Of a DNA stretch of 64,000 nucleotides, positions 14,065-29,990 are shown one piece after another. The stretch is from Eledone cirrhosa (taxonomy: Eukaryota): assembly GCA_964016885.1 (NCBI GenBank), contig OZ024741.1, forward strand, positions 301,568,001 through 301,632,000, in the 5' to 3' direction. The notes under the pieces were generated by a model, which saw only the letters and a list, made by a program, of their open reading frames with translations, was not told the origin of the DNA and searched no databases. The first letter of the stretch is position 1, and the number at the start of each line of letters is the position of its first letter. Both the position numbers and the translations under genes were made by a program.

Positions 14065-16526
14065 TGAGTTTGTACATATGTGATTTAGGTATGAGGTTGG
14101 TTTCTCATTTTAATTTTAATGTTTTCCTATGCCTCTATTAGATTATATTCTCTTCACGCTGGTGGTTTGGAATTCCTGTAAAGGAAAATACACTCTATAT
14201 ATATATATATATACATCTTATAAATGATTGAAGCGCTAGGTAATTTGAACTTTGAAAATATGAAAATCCCGGACGCATAAAATAACTGTAATACCAGTAG
14301 TTCACAATAAATAGCAGCTTAGAAAATTGGGTAAAATATCCCTTTAGACGGATAAAAGTGGCTAGTAGCCGGTATGGAGCATCGAACTCCGCATGTCCCA
14401 AATAACATGGGATCGCGTTAACCATTATGGTATATGTTTGTGTATGTGCGTGTGAAATTTGGCATGTATGATCCTGTATTTTAAAAGTAATTTTTTTTTC
14501 TTTTTATAATCGAACTTATAGTTTATATACCGTTATGTATAAAAATCAATCGTTAGTGGTTCAATTCAAGTTAGTACATATTTTGCTTATTCACATAAAG
14601 AAATTATGTTCTCTCAGATAAAGAACTCTTGTTCTCTCACAGAGTTAACTCTAATCCTCTGACAAGTCATAATTTCTATATCTTAACCTAATTCAGAAAT
14701 ATTATAGAATGTATTTTTGATATGGTAGCAGAATATTTTATGGAGCATTCTTTCTTAAATCAAGAATTTAAAGATCATAGAAAATATCACATCACTTAAT
14801 ATTGTTCGTTTATTTTAGAGTCATTATTTGTATGCGTTATCATCATTCTTCACCGTAAAGTTGATTTCCTGCAAGTGTGAACCGAGTCTTGAAAGTGCCC
14901 TCTGTATATTTAAATGACATAATAATGCAGATTTATGAGAGTAATGATATGCATTCAAATATGCAAATATGTCTTTTCTGTAATGTACATTAAGTTCGCC
15001 TCGACATAACAGGGAATTTAAATATAAAAAAGTAATTATTCACTCTAAACATAATTCAATTCAATTTCGTTGTCAGAGGGTATGACCATTCACATCTTAT
15101 TTTATTTTCATATTTTCAGATATGCGTCTTATATTTTCACCAACAGCAAAACTAAACAATACACAGAACGTTGTTGATAAATTTACTAATTAAGTGGAGA
15201 TTTCAAAGTAGAGTGCTTTAAGCTTCCTTTTATATTACCTAGTACTTTTGAATTATATTTTAATTCAAATTTTATCTGAGTTTAGAAATATTTTAGGATA
15301 CTTCGTCACTGCTAGAGGCGTTTAATCTATTTCTATATTGTAAACCAGCTTTTAGTTCATGTTATTGTTTAGCACCGGTACAGCCCCGATCGAGCAGATC
15401 TTTGATCAAAGGTATTTTAGCAGTGACTATTGCGCATGTTCGTATAACTAGAACCACATTATCTAATGTGTCCTTTAGACGGTGATGTGTAACATTAAGG
15501 AATGCAGATACTACTTCTAGAACGTCGAGCGATGCGTAGAAAATTTCGTGCGTGTATACACGTTTTATTAAAATATGTATGATATGCAAAAAATAAGATT
15601 TTATATTATTCCCACCTCGAAGTTAAACTTCGGTAACATTTTGATGTCAATATTTTTGTTTCTTTTATCGAATAATAAATGACGAGCAAAACCAACAAAA
15701 AGCAAAGCTTTGAACCATGTCACATATGCAAATGCAGAAGTACAGAATCTTTACTGCAATTTTCTTCTTCAATCCTAAGTTTTCACGTCTTAACTTACAT
15801 GTAACGTATCCTTAATTTTGACAGGGCACAGTCGGTGATACGACATCAATGAACATAAATTGACTTTAGTTTGTTTTAGCCATGGCAGTCATGACTATGG
15901 TGGAACAATTTTATATCGTTGGTATACTAATTCATTAAAGACTTCTAGAACGTGATAGAATATTCCACATCTGTGTTTAGAAAAAGTTAAACACACTATT
16001 TCAAGTATTACTAGTACAATTAATTTATGTTTATATAACAATTAAATAAATATTAATCAAATAGCATGATCAATGGTACATATAACAACTAGATGGTATG
16101 AAATTCCTTATTACTAACAGGCAAAAACTATTCACCTACACGCGCGCGCAAGCGTTTATATATGAGTATATCCAATTAAAAAGTGGTGTTAAATATCTAC
16201 AATCAACCCCCATAATTTAATGAGCACAAGGAACAGATTCTGGGCTCTTTATGAATCAGCATATGGAGAGAAGTACATTTAGAAATATATGTTCAATCAT
16301 AGAGGATTTAAAACCACCAGCGTGAGCAAAATATTAACTACGGAAAGAATGGTTGAATACAAATCAATTAAAAAATATATTAAAGTGTACTAACCATCCA
16401 ATCATTACTATAACATCTGGACATACTTAAAATAGAGAATGTTTCACTATTTCAAGTGAAGTTGATATATTGTAGTATAGCTCATCGGCGGATGTCCTAT
16501 CAATATGGTTTCCACTTCTAATATAT

Positions 16527-16803
16527 ATGGCTAGAGCATTGAGCTTGCAATCGGGGGGGGGGGGAGTTAGATTCTCGGACCGGGTGATTCATTGTGTCCT
16601 TGAGCAAGACACTTTATTTCGCGCTGCTCTAGTTTACACAGCTGTAAAAGTGCGTTACAACCTAACTGGTGCCAAGCTGTATAGACCATTGCTTTGGCCT
16701 TGGAAAACATTAGTTGCGTTTAGAGGGGGGCCTGATGTGCATGGGCGATGGCTGGTCTTACACAAACAACCTTACCCGGACTTGTGCGTCGAAGGGGAAC
16801 TTT
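16527..16803 (+). mobile_element. tRNA-derived SINE with CORE-like domain
   Basis: tgtgtccttgagcaagacacttta...gctctagtttacacagctgtaaaa after a tRNA-like head. Confidence 0.65.
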
Positions 16804-17771
16804 CTATATATAAGTGCATTTTTAACTTTATATATATGTATATATGTAAAGTTAAAAATGCACTTTAGAGTGTTGAGAAAGATTTATTTATAATAATTCA
16901 CTTTACCGGTTTCACGATTTTTGTCGATGTTAAAAGTGGACGAAAGACGTGAAGCTTTGTCGAAATATCTCGCGTCTGAAAGAATGTGGCTCAAATGGCT
17001 ATCTGTTTAGGATACAGTTTGATTTGTTGAGGATGTAATTAGGCCTAGAACTTTGTTACATTCAATGTTCAGGTGGCGAATTTGTCGTTAGAAAGTCGGA
17101 TAGAATGTTTTGCGGAATTTGTTTCGGCTCTCTACTCTCTGAGATCAAATCCCGTAGAGGTCATCTTTGCCTTTCATCCATTCGAGGTTAATATAAAAAA
17201 GTACCAGTCAAGTAATGGGTCGATACTTCCTCTATAACTCTTTCACATTTAAATTCTTTCACTCTGTATCCTTCTCTGGAAGAAATCTGCTGTACTCAGA
17301 CCTGGAGAGAAGTTCCCCTACGACTCCATCAAGATTGACGAGACGATGCATGTATATTCAATGTTAAATGGGAGAATAAACAAGATTTGTATGTATGTAG
17401 GAATTGTATGTATATATATATATTAAAATGGAAACTTCGCCGTATTTATTATTGAGAGAAATAGTTTGATAACAGGGCTTATAAGGTCCCAGAACCAAAA
17501 AAAGGTAATCAGCGAAAGTTACTGATTCAATTCAGTTTTCAAATTCCACCGCCGTCTTATAATTACGTGATGTTTACAAATATATATATATATATGTGTG
17601 TGTGTGCATTTGTATGTGTTTGAGCCCATGCATATGTGTGTGTGTGTGTTTGGGTGGGTGTATGTATATTTTTCCGGTTTTATTATTTCAAATATTTACT
17701 AAGAGAGAGTCGCACACAAGCCTCTTTCATTAGAATTTTGACATCAACTAAATGTATGTGATTCTGTGTAT

Positions 17772-17855
<84 letters not shown>

Positions 17856-18249
17856 GTATGGATGTTTTTGTATGTGTGGATCAGTATGTTTTGAGTTATA
17901 TGTGTACATCTGCATATTACATGCAGAATTTTTAGAATATATATATTTATGCATGTATGTATGTATTATGTTTGTGTGTGTTTGTGTTTGTTTTAACGTA
18001 CCACTTACACGGCGTGATACAGAATACCGGTATATATGGAAGCATACGGAGTATGTATATATATATAATTAGCATACATAACTCTGTAGTTGTAAGTTTT
18101 ATTAAGTTGTGAGAATGTTACAATTACTTCAAATACTAATATTCCAGGATATCTATCCATTATCATTGGCTTTCACAAAACTTGAAGTGAATAAGATAGT
18201 AGATTATTTTGAAAATAATACATACACCACTATTCTGAATTACGCCATG

Positions 18250-18490
18250 TTAGTTGGATGTTATCTAACTATCTTGCTCGGGGTCTACCTCTAGGTCTCC
18301 TGCGATTCTTTCCTACAACATTCTAAATAGTATCAGAGCTGTGATCACTCAATTCTTAAAAGTAGCGGATCTACCTGGAGTGACTTTCTGATCTCCTAGC
18401 TATGCACTCTATTGAGTAACGCTACTCAAAAGACCCTTCTGATGAATCCCATTTCAACAGCTTGTATTCACGATTGTATTCTTTCGTTCA
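18250..18490 (-). mobile_element. RTE-clade LINE fragment
   Basis: Homologous to 40250-40410 (gtcactccaggtagatccgctactt) and encodes RRPRGRPRAR. Confidence 0.75.
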
Positions 18491-18894
18491 TATCGCAACT
18501 AACTATCATATCTGATGACCGTATTGCTATTCGCCACCTGCGACCCGTTCTCTAGTAGAACAGCTCTACCAAGAGCGCATGTTATCTCTATTGCTAGCGT
18601 CAGCCTGCACTATATGCAAATGAGCATCACGAAAAATATATTTGCAAAATCTATAGAGAAACCATTAAATTATTCACTTCAGTAGCAATTGACTATACAT
18701 CACTGATGATAGAAAAAGATCTTGAAATACTAGTATTTGCTTTCTCTACTCGCTTACTGTGGTAGTTAAGACACGATCACAGCTTAAAATACCTACAGCA
18801 AGACATTTATGTTCTTATTATAACTAAACCTATTGTGTATATTTCCTTATATATTGTGCATAATACTCAATTATGCACACATATACATATATAG

Positions 18895-18979
<85 letters not shown>

Positions 18980-19000
18980 TATATGTGTGTGTGTGTGTGT

Positions 19001-19059
<59 letters not shown>

Positions 19060-22000
19060 TGTGTGTGTGTGTGTATGTGTGTGTGTGTGTGTGTGTACTC
19101 ATTTAATCTGTACATTCTATACAAAGAATGTTGAGAGATAGGAATAAAAAAAAATAGTTAGGTGCGAGCAACGTAAATGCCATTGAGGGTCCACGGTAGA
19201 CGCATTGGGGCTTTACAACACAGAACATGTCCCCGGAAGTTAGATTGTTAAGCGTAGCCTGGGTACAACTGGCTTTCTATTGCAGCTGAAAACGGCCTGT
19301 CCCCATCATAATCTTCAAGTTCGGAAGTGGCAAGACCTACCTCTAGAATACGACCTGAAGCGTCACTACCTCCATCCGTAACTTGGTGAATTCAGCATTT
19401 GACCCAGGCTCCGCTGCCCCACAGGCTGAAAATCGAAATCTATCAACGTACTGGCTGTTATCCTATAGTTTTAGCATCGATGTCATAGCGGTGGGAAGCG
19501 TATCCTGGGATCTCGAACTACCTTTCTAATAACTGCTGTTGTAAGAGAGAGATGGTCATCCGTAAGAACGATCCCTGCGAACTGTATACTTCCCTATACT
19601 TTCGAGTGTATACTTTCGTTACCTTGTCATTTTCCGTATCACGTAATGAATACGATGTATTTAAATTGTTATTTATAGGATATTTGATAAATGATATGTG
19701 CGTAATAAGAGATACCATTTCTTTTCCAGTTTATGGAGTTCAATCACCTGAAGCATATCTTAAATAATCCAAAGATCTAAGAAATAATTTGTTTTAGATT
19801 ATGTGTAAAATATATATAACCATAAAACCCTTCAAATGCTAGAACGACTGTTACTATGACTTATTACTGATAACTCACTTTTTGAATTACGGTGGCTCAG
19901 GTATGCTATCACTGCCTTTTTCCATACACATTCATCAAAGTTCTTGAAATTAGACTAGTCATTTTGCGATAGACTATGCGTGGTGACCATGTCAATAGAT
20001 AATTTATAATCATGATAAATATATCTAATGTTACGTTTTAGAATTACGTATATATCAGATCATGTTGCCCCTGAATGAACTGTCACTATAATCATTCACG
20101 CTGTTAGGATACGCGGTGTCATAATAATAAATATAATATATATTAATGTGCAAAGTACTGTATTGTCGATAAAGTATATGAATTGACTAAACACTCGCTG
20201 GTAATGTATAATTCTGATTTGAATAATTGAATTTCTTGAGTATCAATGCTTTTCAAGTTGCAAATTATTAACATTGGGCAATCATACCATGATATATTAA
20301 TCTATAATCGATGTGTTTTGGATACAGCAGAAAATAGACGATATATTGTTTCGATATTTCAGACCTCAATTATGACAGATATAATGACATCTAAAATATC
20401 ATTCTCATCTATTACCATGATTGATTTTCCTTTCCAATTTATTGTCATTTTTGTGTATTTGTGTATTTCGTCCTCCTATATTAACATCAAGATGACATTG
20501 ATATTGTTGTTACCGCTAATAATAGTCACCATAATCATCAACATTAAACGGATTTGAATTGAGGTTCTTGAAATATTTTTTATTCATTACTCCTCTGCTA
20601 CATCCCAATTGTTTGAGTCATATAGTCCGGGTTATATATTGTTATTGACCTGCACTTTTACATATACGTAGGAGTCGTAATTGTTTCAGATTGCACAACT
20701 GTAATTTTGTTCAAATAATTGACAGATGAAAGCAGTTGTTTTCAGACAGTGTATGGTTATGGTTCGGATATTGATTTGGTCTGCAAAATGTTAAACTTTA
20801 TACAATATTATGAATTATGACGATACTCCCTAATTGAATATCGAAGAATATATGTTGTATCCAATGATTTCTTTTCGTCAATTGAAATAATCACAAATGC
20901 ATATAAGACAACTAATTGTAATTATCATCATCATTTAAAAGAATCATCAACTTTATTATAACAAACGAACCTAAATTTGTAATCTCTTTATCTAATCTTA
21001 ATTCTACAGACTGCAAGTCAGTGATTGAATATTACTTGGTTTCTATTTCTAAAGAAATATGGGATCTGTTCCACCAATTATAAATGACAGCGAAAACTTT
21101 TATATCGTTTTTAAAAGGAGCGACACATTGAATAATCTTGTCACAGAAGGTGACTGAATAGGGATAGTTGGAGGGCTTTTTATAATAAATCTATTAAATC
21201 AGACTCGAGTTGGAACTAACAAAGGATTATGCATACAGCAGTTTGACATGCAATAAACAACAACCGGAAACCTGCAGATTACATACTACTGTCTGAAAAA
21301 GTAAACTGTAGATTAGATAATGTGATCCAAAATGCATATTGCTTGAAATTAAAACTCAGATTGATCACGGTAGTGTGAATTTATTACTTAATATGTCCGT
21401 TGAATCAGAGCTGCCTATACAAGAGCAATAGCCACTAGTACATATTTCTTTTATTATCAGCAACGATAGAAGAGTTAAACTAATTTTATGAACAAATATG
21501 TGATTATACAATACAGAAATTAATTCAAACAATATCAATAGCAATTAAATGTCATTAAAAGAAAATATCAGCGAAATCAAACAACATCAATTAAAATGAA
21601 ATTATCACAAAATCACAACTTTAAAATATCCGATTAACATTGTAAACTCAATTACAAAAATGCATATTTAAAGTTAGATTGTTGTTAATTTGATGTAAAA
21701 CAAACGCTACTTTATATGTAACTTGCATATTAGTAAAAGCTTAATTACATAAAACTATCCAATTATTTTCCATTCACTTCCATGTAATTAACCTCATGTG
21801 GACACACCATTTATCAGTTATCAATGGTTCTCCAATACATATCCTGAATATTAGCATTATACTTTTATAGAATGATTAATACAATATCTCATATAGGTTG
21901 AAAAGTTCACATAGCATGTTAATACTAACCTTTATATATTGATGTAAGAATCTTCGCTATCCAAATTCTTCAGCATAATTATGTGATTTCATCCGAAAAT

Positions 22001-22719
22001 AAATCTACGCATTCGACTCAATAAACCTGTAAATCATAATAGTTTGAACACTTGCCGATGACTACTACATTATAGTCATCATGCATTGAAAGCCAGCGTT
22101 AATCCCAGAATTAAAATATAACACGTATAACATACTGAATCTTTGTTAATTACATAATTTTCTTATTCAAATTTGTATTCATATTCCGTCAATCCATCTG
22201 TAATGGCTACGAAGCGAAAATAGAATTATTTCTTTAAAATTTATTCAGAGGTGATATGCCGACATTTATAACCATTTGCAAGGCCATCGTCTGCTGTAGA
22301 GGACAGGTGCCAAGACACCATATTTAACTCTTGATGTAGTAGGAAGGAATGCAGTGAATGCAATTATTGACGAATAGAAAGGTTAAACCCATACAATTAC
22401 AGACTGCTTTAACTTTTGTGTAATGTAACTATAAATTAATGATGATTCAGATCTTTGCAAATACTGGAGTTTATGTCGGTTGCAGGTAAGCATAAATACA
22501 AAGATATATATATATATGTGTGTGTGTATGTGTGTGTGTGTGTGTGTGTGTGTATTATAAACGAAGTTTCATACACATAACATGCATGTGCTACCATTGG
22601 CTTCCAGTCATGACCACCACTGTATAATGGAGGAGAGACTTTTAAACTGGACCTTCATTCAGGCACGTGGACAGATTGAACACTTTTTTCCTTGATTTTT
22701 CATTTATGGATTTCTACCA

Positions 22720-22763
<44 letters not shown>

Positions 22764-23609
22764 CAAAATGTTATTTGTCACTGATACATAGACCTATGAC
22801 AATGAAAAAATAACTAAAGTTATTTTTCAGAGAAGGTTATACATATAGAATAACTCATAGAAAGCCATTGACGGGTAGATTCCGAGCAAGGCAATCTAAA
22901 ATAAGACAGCTTCTCCATTAATCTCTCCCTTTAATATCTCCATTTATCAAGAAACAGCATTGATTATCTCAATAAATTAAACAGGCAATACTGGAAGTAA
23001 ATAATCTCTTTGAAAGTGTAAAATAATATTTATTTGTTAGTAAACGGAATTAATCCTTACCGATCCAGCGTGGTGTATAATATCATACGCACGCGTAGAT
23101 CAACCAACGAAGTAAATATTTGTATATCACGGACAATGTGACGGGCATAAAATGACGCTAGATATAGCTCACATATAACCCATCTATAAACTCAATTAAG
23201 GTGTAGCCAATATCATATAGAATGTTATTTGTCACTGATACACAAAAACAACTCAAAGAAAAGATAGTTAAAATATTTTTTTCAGAGAAAAGTATATATC
23301 TCCCCATCGGTGACATTGTATAAGTTATTCTATTTGTGTATATATATATATATACAGAGAGAGAGGGAGAGAGAGATAGATAACGCCTGGACTAAAACGT
23401 AGAACTCACTGTAAGCAATACCATCTCATCTAGAAAGCATACAAGAAACACCTGTTGTAGGCATTTTCTTGTTTTTAACACTTAATTTTCTGTTATTTAT
23501 TATATATCTGCAATGAATTGGAGATATAGTTAAGATTAAGTAAATCTGGCTACGTCGATTTATCTGATTTGACGCAAAATGCTTACTACCCCTTCTCTCT
23601 CTCTCTCTT

Positions 23610-23668
<59 letters not shown>

Positions 23669-23999
23669 CTACCTACCTACCTATCTATCTATCTCTATCT
23701 ATCTCTCTATCTCTCTTTCTCTCTCTCCCTTTATAGTTCTCCCTGTTTCTCTCACAATTTTCCTCTCACACAAACTCTCTCTCTATCACTCATCCACACA
23801 CGCATGACACGCACTAAAAATGTGACATTGGATGATGTAGTCCTAAATACCTTGAAACTAATATGATCACTGACTGAACGCATCATCGGAGGACTGGAAC
23901 AGCGCTGATCGTGGACTAAGGAATGACTGTTAATCTTTTGTTGAAAATGGGGTCATTCATTTAGTGTTAAGTAATATATCCTAAGTCTAAAGTATGTCT

Positions 24000-24270
24000 T
24001 AAGCCAGAAAGCTCGTTAGGCCGGTGCTTATCCCGGTATCATGGCGTGAAGCGACTGAGAGTAAAAGATTACCCTCTGGACAGGACACCAGTTTATCACA
24101 GGGTTAAACTCCCAGCTATTGCTGATACTCATTTTCAGCTGAGTATACTGAAGCAACGTGAAATGAAGTGTTTTCGTCAAGAACACAACCCGCAACCCAA
24201 CCCAGGAATCGAACCCACGACATTATGATCGTAAGTCCTACACCCTTACCACTAGACTACGCGCCTCCAC
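24000..24270 (-). mobile_element. tRNA-derived SINE, CORE-like
   Basis: Minus strand ggaggcgcgtagtctagtggtaag...gggttcgattcc (A/B boxes) followed by ttgtgttcttgacgaaaacacttcatttcacgttgc. Confidence 0.8.
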
Positions 24271-25920
24271 ATCTCAGCTCTACACACGACGATGCTTTGG
24301 GGTCGCTGGCTTAGGGTGACCCCGGCCTCTTTGAGAAAGTGCAAGAAGAAGAATATATCGTGCTTAAGTCAAGATCCTATCCAGATTACATCAATTAACC
24401 TTATCAAAGACCAACTCTTACTGACTAACTGAAGTTTCAAGAACCTGGTTTTTTTTCTTTCGGAACATGTCTGGTATGAATTCACTTCTTCAATTCAACG
24501 TTATTTAGCATATTTCCTATAAAGCGCTGTAAAAACATCAGCTGATTTGGGGGGAAATCATTACAAGTATCAATGTCTTTTCAAATCATGTCTTCACACC
24601 TTGTTCATGAGAGACATATGCGTCAATAATATTTTTATAGTATTTCATTAATAGTTATGCTTAGTATGGTTAAGTCTTATATATTGAATATACATTATTT
24701 TTTTCTTCTTAACGGGTCGATAAAATAAAGTACCAGTAATACACTGGAATAATTGCTGGCCTTGTGCCAAAAGTAGAAACAATTATTTTCTCTTCTGTGG
24801 GATATTTATTAAGTTTTCTTTGCGCAAGATTTCTTTTACAAAATATATTACGTACTTTACATGTTTATAGCTATTGGTTGGTAGAAGATTACTTCGCAAG
24901 GTAATATTGGTGATCTTACATGTTACTAATGATGAGGAGACAACACTATATGTTGCAGTAGCTAATTGATTATTTCTTTTTATTTCTTTAGTCTGTGGAC
25001 AATGTTTTTCCGGCATATTTGCATTCGCTGTATATATTCTTGAGTTTCTCTTTATATTAACTTGTTAGGTATTCATTGTACTTCAGCAAACCTTTAATTC
25101 AACTTGACTAATCATTTATGACTAAATGGTACTCATTTTGTTTTGATTTCAAGGTTATAAATTTTTGTTAGTAGCATTATCATATACAGCAATTTGAGAA
25201 CAGCATCGTTGGCAACAAATTTCCGAATATTTCATTGATTTTTGGAGGGCAAAAATATATAAATTACTTTTGCCACGCACAATCTTTCTTACATTTTAAA
25301 CAAGTTCTACCTTTAGAACCTTGGAAAATAGGGTTAAGCAATGCTCATCTATATTCGTTAAAACACGCAAGGGAGCAATATAGAAAGCCGATTAGGAATT
25401 CATTATATTTTACAAAAATGCTGGAGGACAGGGGGTTTATCTGGTTTTAAAATATTATCAATTTTTTAATTAAGGACTACAAAGATATTTAGAAAATAAT
25501 AAAATAAAATGCAGTACAAATAGTTACAGGCATAAACATAACAATTTAGAATTAGACATTTTTATCTGTTATGAATCATTATTAATTCGCAAAGCATATG
25601 CAGTGCATTGGAAGAATCGATAGATTAACGGACGAAATACCTAGAATATAGTTTCACCTAATTATCTTCCGAGTTCAAATTGTTTCACTTCACCATTCAG
25701 CCTAACGAATTCGAAATATTATGTACCAGTCAAGTACTGAAGTTAACACAATTCAATATTACAGATCACAGACAATAAGATTCTTCGTTATATGAAGAAA
25801 TATAATTAGTGGTGGTAATGAAGATCCTCTTACGTCTGAATTGTTTATACACTCACATATATATATGTGTCAATAAAAAAAGAAAGACGGTCAACAAATA
25901 TTCTTTCAATGTTGCATAAA

Positions 25921-26003
25921 TATACAATACGTATTTCTATGGTCGGCAGGCTTACGTCATCAGATCATGACGCAAGTCATGTGGCGACGTCATCAGGAGT
26001 AAT
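25921..26003 (-). ncRNA. Hammerhead-like motif with extended stem II
   Basis: CTGATGA c-gtcg...cgac-cata GAAA tacgta TT; palindromic stem III atacgtat; stem I is off-register. Confidence 0.4.
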
Positions 26004-26338
26004 TCACATAAAACATTTAAAAGATTAGGTAATCAATTACTGGATTACGAGAAAATTTAAACATAGAATTGATATAGAGGTAGTCCGACGGTCAATGCAA
26101 TCACTGTGACAGACGGCCTTCGTACGTCACATTCTACAGGATGTCCAAATATCGCCCTTTTCACCAAGAAGACTTGGTGGGGTCACCGCTTTAGCCCCCT
26201 GGTGACCCGACCATGCATCAGGTTGTACTGGGTTATATATATATATATACTTATACATACACATGCACATATCCATTCGCATATATATATATATATAAAG
26301 AGAGAGAGAGAGAGAGAGAAAGAGACAGACAGACATAC

Positions 26339-26427
<89 letters not shown>

Positions 26428-26562
26428 TGCGTTTGTGTGTGTATGTATAGTATATTTGGCAACATACCGTATGTTTAATTTAAAACATTTAGAAGACCAT
26501 ACGCTATCAGTTTTAAAGTAGTGACTATGTCACTTACTTATTTTCGGCGAAAGAGTGAGAGA

Positions 26563-26604
26563 GGTTGACAGTCTGTTACACGCTGGTTGGCGTTCATCAG
26601 AGCC
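26563..26604 (-). ncRNA. Hammerhead ribozyme with one core substitution
   Basis: ggct CTGATGA acgc-caacca-gcgt GTAAC agact GTC aacc (GAAA>GTAA). Confidence 0.6.
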
Positions 26605-26825
26605 ACGTACTCCCCTGCTTCCACCGAAAATTAAAAAGCTGGATTCTTATAGAATTCCAGTAATAATCAGGAGCTGATTATTCAGAATGATTGCCGGTCC
26701 AGCAAAAATTGGGTATTAGGATTGGTGCTCTGAAATAGCGATGTATACATGAATGTATGTATAGTATATTTGGCAATATGTTTAATTGATTATATATATA
26801 GAGAAAGACATAAATACATATACAC

Positions 26826-26889
<64 letters not shown>

Positions 26890-27712
26890 GTTGATGTAGT
26901 TGATAGTAGTTCGTGAATGTTTGCAAAAAGTGTTTTTCTTAGGTCACGTCTGAATTTTTTCGATTGTTCTTCACAGGAATTATTTACAGGATATTGGTGT
27001 ATCGCTTATTCATTGGTATTAATGACTTCTAACTTATTGATTTTCTAACAATTCCACTTACTAGCCATTTCATTAAAGAAAACTAGGTTTGTGGAAAATA
27101 CGAAATAAAAAAGACCATATACAATTATATATGAATTAGAAAAAAAAATATTTCAAATGCTTTAGGATTTGTCTATAATTTAAAAATAGAAATTGCTCGA
27201 TACTTTCGTAAATTGTAAAAAGTTGTAAATAAATGAATAATTCTTAAATAATGCTAAAATTTGATAAAATGTTCCTGCTTTTATTTTGAATATTTCAACA
27301 CTTTCTTAATTCATCCTAGAATCTAATTTTTCTTCACTATTTTGTTCGCATCAATTTTATCGATGATTTAAAATTATATAGATTTTGTTTTTGCTGCAGC
27401 TAAGATATTTGTTTCAAAGTTTGATTCTGTCACGGAATTTAACTCCAAATCATTACTTTCATTAATCACTACAAATCACAATCTTTAATTTGCCTACAAA
27501 AAGCAGTCTTCTTCGGTATATCTACCGCTAATTAATACGTTCAGGAAATTTTTTTGTTTACATTACTTTACTAAAATAATCAAAACTTCAGCGAATGTAC
27601 CGTCATTAATACAACTCCCAAAACTACCAAAGCTTCTATAATCGGTGGTTGTTGTAGCATCATCGTGATCATCATTATCATCATCATCACACATTTTGTT
27701 CAACTATTTTTG

Positions 27713-27784
<72 letters not shown>

Positions 27785-27791
27785 ATATATG

Positions 27792-27860
<69 letters not shown>

Positions 27861-29356
27861 AAAAGAGTAATCTATTGCGCATACCGGTACTTCGATATGC
27901 CAACAGAATGCAAAAATATTACAAATTTATTGTTCACATATAGATAATACCACGTACAACGTGTCACAAACACATACAGGCACAAAAGAGACATTTATAA
28001 ACACCATAAATTGGCATTGTATCTCAATATCGTTGTAATGAACACTGCAATGAAAACCTACTTCAAATCATTGACATTCCACACACACAGCTATACATAC
28101 ATTTGTCTTCTACCACAAAAGTTTAAACAAATTCACCAGTAAATTATAAGGCCTATTAATAAAGACATTTATTTTCTATTTATGGCCATTTATAGCAAAT
28201 GTTAATTTTATCTCAATAATACATTTCCCGGTGTCATGTAAAATTCAATTACGTCCTCCATCTTTCTGTAAAATATTCTGAATTTTCTGGTGTAACCTTA
28301 GCAATTTACTGATAAATATTTTAATGATTTGCAGATAATCACATCAAGAGAAAGTTTACTTAAGCAGAGCTTGTTTAATATTAGGGCATCCTATGTTCTT
28401 GATTGTAAGTGCTTCATTATCATTGCCTCGAAATTCGTAATAAGACCTTAATAGAGTTACATCTGAGTAATATGCAGACTCATAAATAGAATGTTAGGTT
28501 CACAGTTGTCTTTATCGAGAGAGAATCAGCCAATTTTGGAAAATGTTCAGAATTTCATTAGAAACAAAAATATTTCTTTATATTAATGACATTTAACATC
28601 GAATAACCTATAATGGGTACTCAGAGAATGAACTATATAATTATTTATTTCATGTTTAACCTCTTGCTCTCGAATAACTTTCTTTTGTGGATATTCTATT
28701 CGCAGTCGCTAAGCCATCATACAGAAGATTTACTATTTTTACGTATCTAACAAAAAGGTAAAAAATGCAAGAATATATTGTAAAGAAATTCCCCTAACAA
28801 ATATAATCTTTTATTCTTATATTGGCGTCGTCTGGCAGATCATATTAGTTCAACACATTTCATATCAATTGTATAAGCTGCTGTGCTCTGTCATCGTTTT
28901 CTTTAGAAACGAAACACAGTTTAACTATTGATATAAAATGGAGATAATTCGTTTATATCTATAAAATAGTCATATCTAGAGAAATATATTCACAGAATAC
29001 ATACAAAATATTTTACAAAAAATGTACGACATACTAACAATAGTACAAATCATCAAAATGAAAAACTGTCTACTGACAATAAAGCCACATACCTTTAGAT
29101 GAACACTACAATGTGAACCATGAGATACGACCAGGAAATACAAACATGAAATACAACTATGAAATGTGTAAAATTCCTAGCTCAAATGGTCATCGGACAA
29201 AAACGCCCTATACATTCTTGTTAATGCAACAAACCAAACATTTATAAACGAAGCTATAGCTGCAGATAACAATATAGGACATAAAATAATATAGGACATA
29301 AGAAAAAAACTGATAATAAAGCATAAGATCATATCAGCTCAACCATCACCACCGCC

Positions 29357-29700
29357 AGTTCTAGTCCTGTAGAAACCATTTCTGTATTAAATGATGATGT
29401 TTACACTCTTCTAATGTATTGAGTACCTTTTTAACTGAGATTATCCCAGGTTTCACTCGTGTTCTACACACACACGCACGCACACACACACATACATATA
29501 TATATATATTTATCCCGGGTTCAATCGGGGGTAACCACAGTATGTAAATAAGCTACTCAATACATAGCAGAGCGTAAATATTTGATATAGAAATGGGTTC
29601 TACAGGACTACCACCAGAAAATGTATAAATACCCCCACCATATTACATTGACAGTCGGCTCTCCCGAATGAAATAGTTCTAGTCCTGGAGAAGTCATTAA
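29357..29700. mobile_element. PLE pLTR-like family C fragments in both orientations
   Basis: agttctagtcctg(t/g)agaa motif at 29358 and 29676 (plus) and inverted at ~29600; homologous to 31817-32012. Confidence 0.6.
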
Positions 29701-29945
29701 TATATATATATATATATATATATTTCGTTTCTGAATTTGTTTAGCAAGATTCTTTATCTGAAATCGTGTGTTGAAACCGATATTGTTATACTTTGGGAGG
29801 GTCATGTTGCCAATAAGAAACACACGCACCAGTTGCTTTCACTTCAATTTATTATATATTTATAAATTTATAAATTTACAAATCTACAAATCTATAAATT
29901 TCTGGTTGGTTGGTTGGTTCCACAACCAGATAGTTATTTATATAT

Positions 29946-29990
29946 AGTCATAGTCCTTTCGTCACACACTCTGTGACCTCTTCAGTGACT
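29946..29990 (-). ncRNA. Minimal type I hammerhead ribozyme
   Basis: agtca CTGAAGA g-gtcaca-gagtg-tgtgac GAAAG ga CTA tgact; lies 3' of the PLE GIY-YIG ORF on the same strand. Confidence 0.8.

Noticed and set aside
18698-18742. CTGATGA-t-aga..tct-t-GAAA-tactagta-TT hammerhead-like match
   Set aside because: Stem I is only 2 bp and there is no pLTR or (TA)n context; left uncounted, though a covariance-model scan could rescue it.
21003-21080. Plus-strand peptide DCKSVIEYYLVSISK resembling the FN3-like repeat
   Set aside because: Opposite strand to all the other fragments and isolated; treated as chance.
24190-24270. tRNA-like sequence on the minus strand
   Set aside because: It is the head of a SINE, continuing into the SINE body without a proper acceptor stem.
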